Assembly (NCBI GenBank): GCA_002245135.1
Contig: NGBS01000322.1
Coordinates: 1 to 64,000, forward strand
Reading direction: 5' to 3'
Length of the DNA stretch: 64,000 nt
Origin: Proteromonas lacertae
Lineage: Eukaryota
This document shows, piece after piece, positions 13,843-26,407 of this stretch (positions are counted from its first letter, which is position 1; every line of letters starts with the position of its first letter). The position numbers and the translations under genes were made by a program. The notes beneath the pieces are model-generated. The model ran no database searches and was not told the origin of the DNA. It saw only the letters and a list, made by a program, of their open reading frames with translations.

Positions 13843-13909
13843 CGATCAAGTATAGGAATAAGTTTATTGAACTGAATCAACCCCGAGATTACCATTCCTC
13901 TGAGAACTA

Positions 13910-14515
13910 TCACTCCTGGAGGATTGAATTCCATGATGGATAGATGAGATCATTACTTGGTATTTTTTTGAACTCCTTCCTTGCAGCTATGCATCTATCG
14001 GTGATGTCCTCCACATCGTTGATACCAACAACGACTTCTAAGGTGTGGTACTTGGAGTAGTCCTTTGAGTCAATAAAGTTAAAGGTCCATCTAGGGAGTC
14101 TTAAACGAAAGATCCTCTTACCAAGACTTGCTAGGTGTTGAAACTTACTAATTGTTTTAGCAGCCCGTAGCTGACATTGCAACTGTACATAATCAGTTCC
14201 TCGGGAATTGCTTACTATTATCGTTCCTCTTAGAACATCCTCAGCATTGTGTTTGTTATCTCCGATCACTTCGAAGAGCTTCCTTAAGGTCTGATGATTC
14301 CTTAGTCTTAGAATGCCTATATCCATAAAGCTTTTTATCATAGCATCCCCGTAAGTGTCAGAGTCTTCTACTCGTATCTTATAAGTGAAGAGCTTCTCAA
14401 TCTTCTCCTGTCTGGTTGTCTTCTTCGGGAAGGTCAATTCCTCCTTACGTTCCTGATCGTAGTTCTCGGTGACTTGACGGATCAGGTTGAAATAGTTCTC
14501 ATTCATTGACTTCAT
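13910..14515 (-). CDS. Hypothetical protein, tandem paralog 2
   Basis: Open ORF paralogous to 13174..13842. Confidence 0.7.
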   Translation of the reverse strand: MKSMNENYFNLIRQVTENYDQERKEELTFPKKTTRQEKIEKLFTYKIRVEDSDTYGDAMIKSFMDIGILRLRNHQTLRKLFEVIGDNKHNAEDVLRGTIIVSNSRGTDYVQLQCQLRAAKTISKFQHLASLGKRIFRLRLPRWTFNFIDSKDYSKYHTLEVVVGINDVEDITDRCIAARKEFKKIPSNDLIYPSWNSILQE

Positions 14516-14674
14516 CGGATGAGAATTATCGGACTGCCCTCAACTCACTTTTGTTAATTAAGTCTTGACGTTTCCCAGAATTGACATTTTTACTCACTCC
14601 TGGTAATCACGCAATTCCCGGTCATCTCCATGAAGATAAGGATTCCTCCGAAGAATGAACTTAGAGTAATTGCA

Positions 14675-15150
14675 ATGTTATTCTTACTCCCAATTACTCT
14701 TGTAATGATTGCTTATTGTAAATTCAATTTATTATCATCATATTTAACTGTAAATATATCTAATAATAGTGATAATGATAATATACAGCTTCATAGTCAG
14801 ATTAATATATCTACAATACCATCATATATAAAATCACAATATAAATCTCTTAAATTAAATCTTCATGAATATGATAATCCTTTGAATTACAGTAAAATAG
14901 AATATTTAAGTCGAAATGCATTTCTATACAGATTGTGTGAAGATACTTACATAAAGATAGATATTGATGAAGAATCAGATGCATGGTTGAGAAAACCAAT
15001 TGCCTATATAATTGGTGATTCTTATTGTATGCAATGGATGGGAGTGGTTAAGAAATATTGCAGTGAAAGAAATATCACTTTAATATATACACAAATATTA
15101 ATGAAAGATTTCTTAAAGAATAAAGCAAAAGAGTTTTTGAAGGATGTAAT
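14675..15150 (+). pseudogene. AT-rich host-like gene fragment (N-terminal TM anchor, IIGDS motif)
   Basis: Abrupt composition change on both sides; hydrophobic LFLLPITLVMIAY then YIIGDS, reminiscent of SGNH/GDSL-type block I. Confidence 0.35.
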
Positions 15151-15152
15151 CT

Positions 15153-15896
15153 TTGAAAGTAATAGCAACCCTTGGAATTCTTAAGCCTAAAGAATCACTT
15201 ACTTTAGTTCACCAGGAAGTGTTATCTCAAGAGTCTTCATCGCCATTATCAATTCGTTGTGGTTCAGATACTGGTTCAGATACTCCTTCAAGAACATCAT
15301 CGTCTCTGACTTTACCGAGTGATGATAAGGACTCCATCGTTTATCAAGAATGTTACCTCGAAGTTCCCTTTACAGCAGTACCAAAGGCTTTCATCAATCT
15401 AAGCATAGATGGGAACGTAAAGGGTTTTGTTTGTTGTGGCAGCTCCTTCTACATCGCTTTATTAGCTTCACTTCATCGCGAGGAGATCAAAGGTATTCAC
15501 AAGAACGCTCTTGCAAGATTCCTATGGTTCAAAGCGTTCTCGTACTACCTACGGCTAAGTGAATGCATCTCCAATCCCTTACTATGCGATAAGTCGATTA
15601 CCAAGATAGAGGAGGACAATCATCTATCCATTAACGTATTCAAGATGCTTCAGAAGCCAGATATTCACTTAGTCCCTTTACGTACTTCGAAGACACCTTC
15701 CAATGATTCCTATAAGCAGGTGAGCTTGCTTTACCTGGAAGAGAATTGTAAGCCTTCAACATCTCCTAGTACGGATACTCCCAATGATGAATCTCTTAGA
15801 GGCTCTACAATCATCCATTTCCATTACGTTACCATCGTTGATCCGTCTATGAGCTTATCAGCCCAAGACAAGAGAAGTAATAGAATCACCATGTAA
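15153..15896 (+). pseudogene. Diverged vOTU-like domain homologous to the pPolB N-terminal region (GC-richer family)
   Basis: SFYIALLASLH / SITKIEEDNHLSINVF / VPLRTSK / VSLLYL / HYVTI align with CFKWSVLCSLY / SIDKFETKNRLNVNIF / LPIHLSK / VNLLLI / HYVTI of ORF 5420. Confidence 0.7.
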
Positions 15897-15897
15897 G

Positions 15898-16465
15898 TTA
15901 GAAGAAGAAGTCTGGCCTTTGACGTCTATTGATCATGCGTGTGATAATCCTACTCCATTGATCTATCAACTCCGACAATTCGTTAAGGATCTTGCTTATT
16001 GAATCTAGTCTTTGTTGGGCGTAGTCAACGATATAGATATACCTTGTAGCTACCTTAGTGCTGCTTACCGTGGTGACTTCATTGTCTTGTTCACTCCTAG
16101 GCCTTGAAGGTTGTTGACATCTCCTTACTTCCTCTTGAGATAGTCTACTCCTTCCTACGTGTTCCTCCAATTCCTTCTTACGACCACGTCTCCTTACCGA
16201 GAAGATTGCTAGGTAATTGATCTCCTTATGAAGCTGCTGATCCATCTTCTTGAAATCAACCTTACCAAGGATCGGTAAGTTGCTAGTTACCTCCTCATCG
16301 TCGAAGTCTTCTAGGTATTGACTCATCATGGACTTATCGATATAAGCAAGTTCCTCAGCGATGGCACTTAGGACATAGTACAATTGACTTAGCTGAATTT
16401 TGTTAGTCTTCACCTTTCCTATAACTTCAAATGATCTCCTTGTCTTCTCAGTTGAGAACATTCCA
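15898..16465 (-). pseudogene. 3' fragment of a hypothetical gene of the GC-richer element, fused in frame to truncated PolB
   Basis: Codon usage and composition switch at ~16465; no PolB motifs after FRNNC. Confidence 0.55.
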
Positions 16466-19400
16466 TCACAGTTATTCCTAAAGTGATCGAATACACTAGA
16501 TAATGTAAGAACATCAATTGCTAAATAAAACATATTGTAATCCATCAAGTTTTTACATTTCAATAGAGTCCAGAGAGCTTGAGATGATTCATAATCATAA
16601 TCAGAAATACCTTCATTCTGTTTTAATTGAGACTTAAAATCTTCTTTTCTAGGTAATTTATCAGTAAGGTATAACTTTTGAATACTATCTACGTATTCGT
16701 AGGGGAAATGACCTTTCTGTAAACCCCACTTAGCTATAAAATCATCTACTGTCCAGTTTCTCTCTTTTAAACAATCATTTATCTCTTTTGTTTGTGTTAC
16801 ATATTGATAAACTGGTTTAAAGAGTACTTTATGATTAGCATGTGCATCAGCTTCGACTTTCAATGACTTTACTAATGAATCTAATGATGCTGGCATAAAT
16901 TGACAACTATCTATAAAGTGTAACTTCATGAACTTGATAAGTAAAAACTTATTATCAGTTTTTAACAATACAGATAGTTTTGAATGATATTTCTTCTTTC
17001 TTGGTGTTGGTTGTTGTTGTTGTTCAGTTGTTGTTGAATTAAGTTGCGAAACAATAATATTTCCCATCTCTTCTTCTAATCCAATATCTTCTGCTGTTCT
17101 TGGTGATATGTAATGATCTCTACTATGTAACATATAATACAACTCATTAAATGCTTCTTCATTTGCTGGATCATTTTCATCAACTATTTCAATTGCATTT
17201 GGTGGTATTTCTGGTAATGGCAAATCAGAATCAGTATCTTCTTCTGTTTCTGCATCTTCTTCATCATTATCAACTGTTTTTGCTACTTGTTCTTGTTTCT
17301 TTTCTTCTTCAATACCTCTATTGTATTCAGCTAATCTATCAGCAATTGGTTCAGGTTCAGGCTCAGGTTCAGGTATTGGTAATTGTATAATTTCATTATC
17401 TTCTTCTTCATCATCATCATCATCATTTGGAATAGGAATATTATTATCATTGTACCATTTTGCTTCCATTTCTTTATCCAACTTTGATAATCCACGTATT
17501 ATAAAGTTATTGTCATAGTTTTTACTGTTGTGTGCCAAACATGGTATAGGCATATGTTGTAAACTACAATGCCAATTACAGTTTGAATATAAGGTTGCAA
17601 TATACTTACCAGTAAAATGGTCATGGTGCCTTGTACGCCTTCTATTTCTGTCGTTTTCATTGAAGGGTGTATTGCACCACATACATTTATCGATATTTTT
17701 ATGAGCTGGAATATAAGTGCTTTCATCTAATGGTTTCAATTCACCACTTTTATAATCTTCATACTTCTTCAATACATAATCTTGAATCTCAACAAACTTC
17801 TTTACTAGTTGCATCTCCAAATCTTGTGGATCTTGCTGCAATTCCAGTTTTCCGAAGAATGTTTCTTCGCTGATGATTTCAGGGTACCTGGAACTTAAGT
17901 GAATGCACCAACTGCTGAGGATATGTTTTTTAAACGCTCCTTTGGCTCCAGGTATTACTTCAGAAGGATCTATTGGTACTTGTATAACTTCTGTATCCCA
18001 GTATAATACTACAGGAATCATTTGTTGGTATTTGAAATTATGAAACTTGATGAAAGTATCTGGAGGTGGAAATTGACGAATAATTCCTTTTTGTAATTGA
18101 CAATTCTCTTTCTGATGTTGAATTATCATATCAGCTGTTGATAAAGTACAGAAACAATACTGGCATCTGGTATAATAATTATGATACCTTTTACCAGAAG
18201 GTGATAGGAAGGCTTCTAACTTTGTTATTACCATATAATGATCTTTGTATATTAACAAGTTCACATGAGGCCAGTGTTTTCTTTTATCTATGTTGGTAAC
18301 GTATAAAGGTATTGGTTCATTCTGGTCTATTGTAAATATATTGATAGTAATATGATTCAGCTGTTCAAACTCATCAATTCTGTTGCTATCATTAATTGCA
18401 TCTACTGGAAACCTTAAACTACTTACATCCATTAAATCTACATACTGTTTGTATTTCATTGCTCTGTTACGGTGGTCTTTGAACTCTACATAGTGTAAAC
18501 CGGCTGCCACGCTAAATAAAAAGCACATATTCTTACATTCTTCACTATATCTTACTAAATTAATAACGCACTTTCTATTGTTGAGGCTTGCTGGTAACTT
18601 TATGTTGTCATCTTCTGTAGATGATCCAGCAGCCATTGAACTTTTCATCAGTATCATCTCTACTTTCTTAATATATCTGAACTTTAGTTCAGATCTTTCA
18701 GTGTTGAAAATTGAACCTAAATCTCGAATCATGGCATTGTTTAACTTTGAACCAATTGTACCTAACTCTTGAGAAGTTATGATTTCTGGCGCTGTTTCGA
18801 ATGTTTTGTAACAACTTACTTGTGCATTGGCTGGTTCATCGGATCCTATATAACCTACTCTGAATCTGAAATAAACTTTTATATAAGAAAATTTCTTCTC
18901 ATTTATGTAGTTACGTATGGTAACCATAAAATCACTTGATGCATTGCAGATTTGGGTAAACAAATCCTCAGGTTTCTTTCCATCTTCTTCATTTATAATC
19001 TTCTCGTAGGTACGTTCGTAGTCTCTACTACTTCTCTCTACAAGTTGTAACAAACTAACTCTTTCAGGATGTGACATTGTTTTCAACTGCCCTGGATGAT
19101 TATCAACAACATCCAGAGCAATCATTTCTTCCTGTAGCTGCCTTCTTCTTTCAACATCTGTAGTTGATTGAGGATGTATTTCAGGAATTGGTCCATCATT
19201 AATTGGTGAAAGTGTTGGTGGATCTTCAGGAGGAGGTGTATCTGGCAATAAATCATCTGGGATTTCTGATAATCGTTGTATTTTTGGAGGTGGAGGAGGT
19301 GGCTGATCAATTACAATTGAAGATGTTGTTCTTCTTCTTGGTGTTATGAAACTAGTTTCATTAGTACTTCTAGTAGTGTTTGATTGTTGTTGTTGTTGCT

Positions 19401-19641
19401 GCTGCTGCTGCTGAGGTTGTTGTAGATGTTGATTTAATGATCCTACATAATATGGTGGAGGATAGTAATAGGATGGTGGTGGTGGGATAGCTGGAGTAAA
19501 ATAAGGGTTCATCCAGGGATTAAAATAACTTTGTGGCAACATTGGAATCTGATTTGCTTGACTATTGCCTTGAATAGGCATAGAAGTACTTGGAGACTGG
19601 TAATACCACGGATTAAACCAAGGAGGATAGCTGGGATACAT
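16466..19641 (-). pseudogene. Second protein-primed PolB (N-terminal extension, vOTU-like, exonuclease), polymerase domain lost
   Basis: NMCFLFSV...HYMVI; LYWDTE; CMWC...HHDHFTG...CN; AHNSKNYD; KGHFPYEY; YLAIDV; ends at DHFRNNC with no motifs A/B/C. Confidence 0.9.
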
Positions 19642-19837
19642 TAGAACCTATAAAACGAGAAAGATATAAATATACCCAATAAAATAACTCCAAATGTATT
19701 AATATGATTTGCTAATTGAAATTCCTTGATAATCAAGGAGTTGTAATAATATAGTTAATTTTTTTTTCTTTGATTATCAAAGAAATAATTAACTTTACTT
19801 TTAATTTATTGTTTTTTTGATTTTTTACTATATTAAA

Positions 19838-20251
19838 ATGCGTCATTTTGTTTATCAGAGAGATATAACAATGGTTCAAGAAGAAATACCATTTTGGATC
19901 AAAGTTTTTAATAGCATTAGAGAATTAGCATTAAATGGATATACAGAAATTCATTTCTTATATTATTTAGAAGAGAGCATAGCTAATCTAGCAAAGTTAA
20001 AAGCTATACTAGACAAAGTCAAGCATTATTATACTAATCAGTATGCAACGAAAAAAAGATTGGAAATTATCACATATTTAGATAATATTAGAAAAGATGG
20101 TAATAGATTTAAGAAAGAATTAATTGAGAATAATCAATTATTTATTGATAACAAATTAGATTACGCAGTTAATGGATTACTATCTTTATTATGTGATGCT
20201 TTAGCAGCTAGAGTGAAAATGGATGCAGATATCAAAAAAAGAAGTAAGTAA
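19838..20251 (+). CDS. Hypothetical protein divergent from PolB
   Basis: Intact ORF from ATG 19838; no recognised motif. Confidence 0.45.
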   Translation: MRHFVYQRDITMVQEEIPFWIKVFNSIRELALNGYTEIHFLYYLEESIANLAKLKAILDKVKHYYTNQYATKKRLEIITYLDNIRKDGNRFKKELIENNQLFIDNKLDYAVNGLLSLLCDALAARVKMDADIKKRSK

Positions 20252-20378
20252 ATATGAATTTATCTAATTATGATTAAATAATTATATATTTTAAATACTA
20301 ATACAGAGATTAATTAAAATAAAAAGAAGACTGTGTGTTTTTAAGGGTTTATTTAAAATAACATAAAAAATCCATAAC

Positions 20379-20484
20379 CGATTCTTCTTACCCTTTCTTT
20401 TTTTCACTTCCTTACTTAGGGAAAGTGAAGTCGATCACTTTTCTCTAGGTAAATAAGTGAAAAAAGAAAGGGAAAGTAAAATCG
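20379..20484. repeat. ~105-bp imperfect palindrome
   Basis: CCCTTTCTTTTTTTCACTT pairs with AAGTGAAAAAAGAAAGGG; inner GAAAGTGA/TCACTTTT around loop AGTCGA. Confidence 0.85.
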
Positions 20485-20752
20485 ATTATGAAATCCGCAT
20501 TTCAAAAACTAAATGAGTAAAAGAAAAGGGAAAGTGAAAACAAGGGAAAGTGAAAACGAGTCTTAGGTGGTGTATATGGCCTTCCTAAGCTTTATATCAG
20601 TCTCTATAACATAATTGAACAAATGTTTACAACGGACGGCAGTTACACCGTCAGTTACACGTCAGTTATGTAACTGACATGTAACGGATTCATAACGACC
20701 GTTAAAACCGTTGTACAAATGAACGGTTATTGAATAAAATGAAAAATAAGAA

Positions 20753-20833
20753 AAATGAAACGAATATATGAATTTTAGCCTCGGGTCCAGCGTCAAGCCA
20801 TTTTGGGTCTGTAGCCCTTAATATATATTATTA
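20753..20833 (+). repeat. Direct repeat of 440-540 (TTTAGCCTCGGGTCCAGCGTCAAGCC...ATTTTGGGTCTGTA)
   Basis: Near-identical block at both loci; the first copy has one extra internal CAAGCCTCGTGGTCTAGCGT unit. Confidence 0.9.
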
Positions 20834-21087
20834 TAAGTAAATGGAATAGCAGAAACAATAGCAGTTTTACCTAAAGCTCTATTTATTACAGGTTCTGGTT
20901 CATTTAATATTTCAGCGATTTCTGCTGGACAATATCTATGATATAACCATACTACAATCTTTTTAACTTTATAAAAAATCCATAATAACATACATACAAA
21001 AAATATAAGACCTTCTTGCTTTAGACTTGTTAATGTATCATTCATATCTTTAAGCATAGTTGAATATTGTGTATTATTAAATGACAT
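20818..21087 (-). CDS. Small single-TM protein
   Basis: Intact 89-aa ORF; GLIFFVCMLLWIFY hydrophobic helix followed by KVKK; NNT and NDT sequons upstream. Confidence 0.55.
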   Translation of the reverse strand: MSFNNTQYSTMLKDMNDTLTSLKQEGLIFFVCMLLWIFYKVKKIVVWLYHRYCPAEIAEILNEPEPVINRALGKTAIVSAIPFTYNNIY

Positions 21088-21152
21088 TTTATGTGAAATT
21101 ATTTATATATAAAAAACGCATAGAAATATAAAAATGAATTTTAAACCCAAAG

Positions 21153-21545
21153 TTAATTAATTATACAAGTAGGTGATGTAGTTAGATCTACTGTAGCTAC
21201 CCCCGCGATAGAACTTGTAGATGTTTCTACTTTAGCAATCTCTACCTTTGGTCGACCCTCGGCAGTGGAACTATTCTCTACTTTACGCTTCTTATCTTCT
21301 CCGCTATTATCACTTCCTTTCTTTACTTCTTCATATCTTCTCTTCTTCTTATTTCTACACTCAGTACATGATTTATAGAATACACCTTCACTCTTATAAC
21401 CAAATTCATCATTAGCTTTCTTCTTACCACAAGTACTACATATCTAGCTACTTCACTTTCAATGATTGCATTGATTCTTTCAAATTCTTCATCTTCACGC
21501 TTATTTCTATCTTCTATATTAACATTCTCGATCCAAATTCTTTAC
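21153..21545 (-). pseudogene. CxxC...CxxC zinc-finger protein remnant
   Basis: Manual translation gives ICSTCGKKK...FYKSCTECRNKKKRR...VDLT; frameshift at ~21445. Confidence 0.55.
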
Positions 21546-22012
21546 ATTTGAATATAGTAGTAAATAGTTCAATATTATCAGGATATATAAATATAATAGG
21601 TAAAATAAAATATGAGATATATTTTTTTCAATTGCAAAGAAGAACACCGATATAGTGTGTTATATTTGAGCATTTGCTTATTGAATGATATTTTAGACTA
21701 ATAACAACAAAAAATCAACAACTTAAAACAAAAATTATAAGGATAAAAAAAGATTCATAAATTAGTTTTGGTAAGTGAAAAGCACAACGAAAGGCACAAA
21801 ACACGAAAGTGAAGTGCTTTTCCGAACCAAAGGTTATTGAGAGAAATTAATTTAAAGTAAAAAAGAAACTTAGAAAAATTCTCATGTATTGTCATGAAAT
21901 CAATCATCATCTCAACAACTACTAAAACAACAATTGTAATTATTAATTAATTATAATAATAACAGTTGTAGGCATTTTATGTCTAATAGTTGGTATAAAT
22001 CACATAATCATA

Positions 22013-25000
22013 TTATTTCGATATTTTTTTAATAACATAGTTTCTTAAATCTTCATATTCAACTTTTATTATTCTTTTTTTTAGAACTGCTTTATCATAT
22101 AATTGCTTTTTTTCATCATCAGTTAAATCGTTCTTTGTTAATTTTTGAAAAATATCTGGATATATTTTTGTTACTCTAGGTACTTTTTCAAGATCAACAT
22201 TTTCTTTTGGACTTATTATAAGGTAACCAAAATCTAAATTTAAATCAACTATAGTATAATCTTTACCTTCATCATATCCATGTTCATAAATCAAGTACAA
22301 ATTCTGTAGAATCATTGTCATTTCAGGTGCATATGAATGTTCTTTACTAACAGTAATTTGAATACCAAACGGTCCAATTAATGCATCAATATCAGGGAAA
22401 TTTTTATCATAACTGAAGTCAATAAAATGATATTTATTTTCATCATGATATTCTTTGAAAAGTAAAATTTCATTTTTTAACTGTTCATGATTATTTACAG
22501 GCTTTGCAATAACTGTATTATCAGAATAGAAACTACTATTTAATCTCTCAATTTCATTAACTATATCTGCTCTAAAATCATCAGATTTTTTCATTAAAAA
22601 TAATATTATTATCTCATATAAATTTCCAACAAAAGCTCCAATTCGATTTTCATATAATAAATTTATCATTTCGTTACATTCTACGAATGAACTAATATTT
22701 AACAGTTTATTACATGCAATGCTTCTTACTGTATCAGATATAAATCGAAGATTACCAGATTCAGTAACATCATTTTCATCTGTTTCATATATAAGTATAT
22801 TTTGATAAACTTCCTTTGATATAGATGATATATTTATGCCTTTTATCATATTCTCAATCATCACTTTGTTCACTTTATTTATTTCACGCGTACATTTATT
22901 TTGATCATCTTTATATTTTCCAATTATACCACCATAATATTCATAGTTATTGAGATATTCATCCAATTTCATTTTTAATCTTTTATCTATTTCAACATTT
23001 GATATTTTTTCTATTTCATCATATTTAATAATTTTTCTATTAGATTTGATTAGTGCTGGATGTTTCAATTTTACTACTTTTTCTACTTCTTCTATTGTAA
23101 ATGGGGGTATATACATCACCAAAGGGCATCTTTTGTTTTGAAAAGTCTTAAAATTTTTATCACAAGGATTAGCTAACACTATTATCATTTGTGCATCTGC
23201 AAAATCATCTTCTCCTATAGCAACTCCATCAGAAACAACAATATATGGATAATATGGATAATCTTTTTCATTCTTATAATAATTAGACTCACTATTATTG
23301 CATTTTCCATTTATATATTTGTAATGTATTCGAATATCTTTATTCTTTTCATGAATTTGGTTTATAATAATTTCCGCTAATTCAGATTTACCTATTTTTT
23401 CTTGGCCAAATATCAGAATATTTTTTTGATTTTTATCATTCATTGGATAAATAAAATCTATTATATTACCAAAACATTTTCTCATTAATAACAATTTTTT
23501 ACCATTGTCATATACATCAAATGTTTCTTCTATTGTTGTTCTTTGTTGCTCTTGTACTTCTGTTGTTAATGCTGCTGTAGCTGTTGCTATCGGTGGTATT
23601 GCTGGTGCTATTGGTAGTGGTGCTGTAGCTGTTGCAAGTTTAATCTTAAAGTTTGTATCATATTCATATACTCTGTATTGTTTTATTACACAATATGTAA
23701 ATTCACCACTTTCAATCTCACTGTATTCCTATTTTATTATAAATATTATACAGATTCATACTTTTATAGATTTTTCTATTCTATTTCTATCTCTATCAAA
23801 CAGGTCATCATCTAATAAGACTTTTATAAATATTCCATCCATTATCAAATCAAAGTAATTATTTTCATCCAATATGTAATAAACAAAATGTAATGCATTT
23901 GGAGGATAATGAACATAGACTGGGTTTTCATAGTTTAATTTGAAATTTAGATTACTGTTAATTGGAATGCTTATAGTATCTGTATACGTCAACTTCATCA
24001 TTTCGGTGCTTAATTGATATGCTATAATCTGTTTTAATGCCATTTTTTTTACATATATATCATCATCATCAATTGAATTATACTTATCTTTTAAACGTTC
24101 ATAATCATTAATATCTGTTGGTGGATAGAATTTAAAAACAATGTAATTTTCAACATCATCAGAAATGAATTTTAAATGATCTTTTGGTTTTAATATATAA
24201 TGATCTAATTCATCATTCCATTCTGATATAAAATCATATTTTAATATAATATTGGATAAGTCATTATTCTTCGAAGTTGTTTCTATACATATAATTATCT
24301 ACAAAGTTATTATAACCAGTTGTTCCTACTACACTGTCTATCAACTGCTTATAATATTTCCAGTAATTTCTACAGCTACCAAAGTTTTCTTTGTATAAAT
24401 AGTGATAATAAATCTGTCGCGGTATATTACCATATTTTCTACATATTCCTTCAAATTCCTTTAAACTAGTATAATTACTATTAATGCACTCTTTAAACCA
24501 TTCAATTATTTCTGTATCATTTAATGAATTAAAATATAATTCTATACATTTTTCATCATCATCAGTATAATAATCATTGTTTTGCTCATCAGGTGAACTG
24601 ATGGATATAATTATGTTACCAGAACCAAATTTAGCATTAAAAGTGTCAACTATTATTATCGAATCATTAATATCACGTTCTTCTATATCATCAATTTCTA
24701 TGAGATGACAATTTGTAAATAAATATATCTTCCTATCACCAGAAGCGTCATTCTTCTTCCCTTTTACTACGTAAATATCTTTAACAGTTTTATTCTCTCT
24801 TCTCCATACTTTATCATCTAAAATATAATAATTGAATCCAAACTTTCTCATTTCATCATAATCTAGCGGTAATGAACTTTTTGTTTCTGTATCTTCTTCA
24901 ATTTTTCTCATTTTTTCTGAAATTTTTGTACATGAACTATTCCATTTCCTTTTTTAATCCATCATATTTGCTTATCACTTCTTTTTTTTCATTTTTACAC

Positions 25001-26407
25001 TTTTTTGTTTTATTTTCATTGTTTTGTATTATAAAATTAAGACTATTTATCTTCATTAATTCTATTTACAATAGTTGATGATGCTACATATCCATTAATA
25101 ACTCTTTCCTTTGTAGGAATAGTTTTCTTAAAATCTTTCAACTTTTTTTCATCAATTACTGCATCTACATTGGCTATATCATTATTAGTTTCTTTTATTA
25201 TATTCATTATCTTATCTATTTTATCTAAACAATCTTTCATCATGGCTTCTGATGAAGTATATTCAAATTCTTCACCAAGTAGTGTGTATATACATTTTTT
25301 ACCATCTCTTTTATAATAATTTTTGGAAATTTTATTATTATCAATAACGTTTTTTAGATTTCTATAATAATCTTTAATATCTTCTTTATATTTATTAATC
25401 TTTTCTTTGTTCTCTTTTATATTTCTTTCAAGTATTGTTATTTCCTGATTCAGTGAATTTTCTTTTTTGTTTTTTTTAACATCTAATCTTTTCTTCAATT
25501 CTTCAATATTTTTTCTTTCAATATTTAACTCTTCTAAATGTAAAGATTTCTTTTTATCTTCAAATGCATTTGATAGATTTTTCTTTAAAAAGAATAGTAA
25601 AACATAAATAAACGATGTTTTACCTATACCTGGCTGACCAGTTACTACTATATATTCATATTTCGACATGCATTTACAAATATCACGAAATATTGTATAA
25701 TAACAATCCCTGATGTAAATTGTCTTCTTTGGGAATTGAAATACATTGATATCATCGCTAAATTGTAGATACATCTTTGTTTGATCTTTAATAGCTTTAC
25801 TATTCTTCTTAAGTTTATTATGATATACATCTGTTAAACTATTCACGATTCTTACAAAACTATCTTCTTCATTGGATTTTTTACTTTCTAGTTCTTTTCG
25901 TATATCATCATCCAAGAATTCAATACCATCATGTCTATCAAACAAAATGAATACAGGATAGATTGGATTTTCACATTGTATATCACTCAATTTACATAGA
26001 ACATCATCATCTTTCTTACCATCTTCTTTAATTGACATGTTTTTTTCTTCCAAATTGTATGTTATTTCATATATTGTACCTTCTTTCAATCCATCAATTG
26101 TAACTTCAAGTATTCCACCTTTATCATCCATCTGTGGTGTTACATCAGCTGATGTGTTCTTTATTTTCATCAACTTTATCATTTTATCACTACTTATCCT
26201 TGATAATGATTGAGAATATCCAACTCCTAATTTAGTTTTTACTTTCCAAATTTGGATTCTCATCATACACTTTTTAGCTTTAACTTGTTTTTCAAGTATA
26301 CCGATTTTTAATTCTTCGGATCTATTTCTAAACAGTACATCTTTTATTACTGCAGTTGAATGGCCATTTTTTCTTCTTTCTGGCAAACAGTCTAGAATAG
26401 AATTCAT
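22013..26407 (-). pseudogene. Crinkler/RHS-like protein: two P-loop NTPase modules plus C-terminal restriction-endonuclease-like domain, multiply frameshifted
   Basis: YIRDCY...VVTGQPGIGKT; YGNIPR; second module LMRKCF...FGQEKIGKS, YIPPFT, YYGGI; GNLYE, NFPDIDA, IQITVSKEH; ORF pieces joined by frameshifts. Confidence 0.72.

Noticed and set aside
15898..19641. 1247-aa ORF as one novel PolB fusion protein
   Set aside because: Composition and homology switch at ~16465 and polymerase motifs are missing; a chance in-frame junction is simpler
21777..21822. Small stem-loop with GAAA loops as ribozyme or tRNA
   Set aside because: 9-bp stem is real but no hammerhead core or cloverleaf is visible
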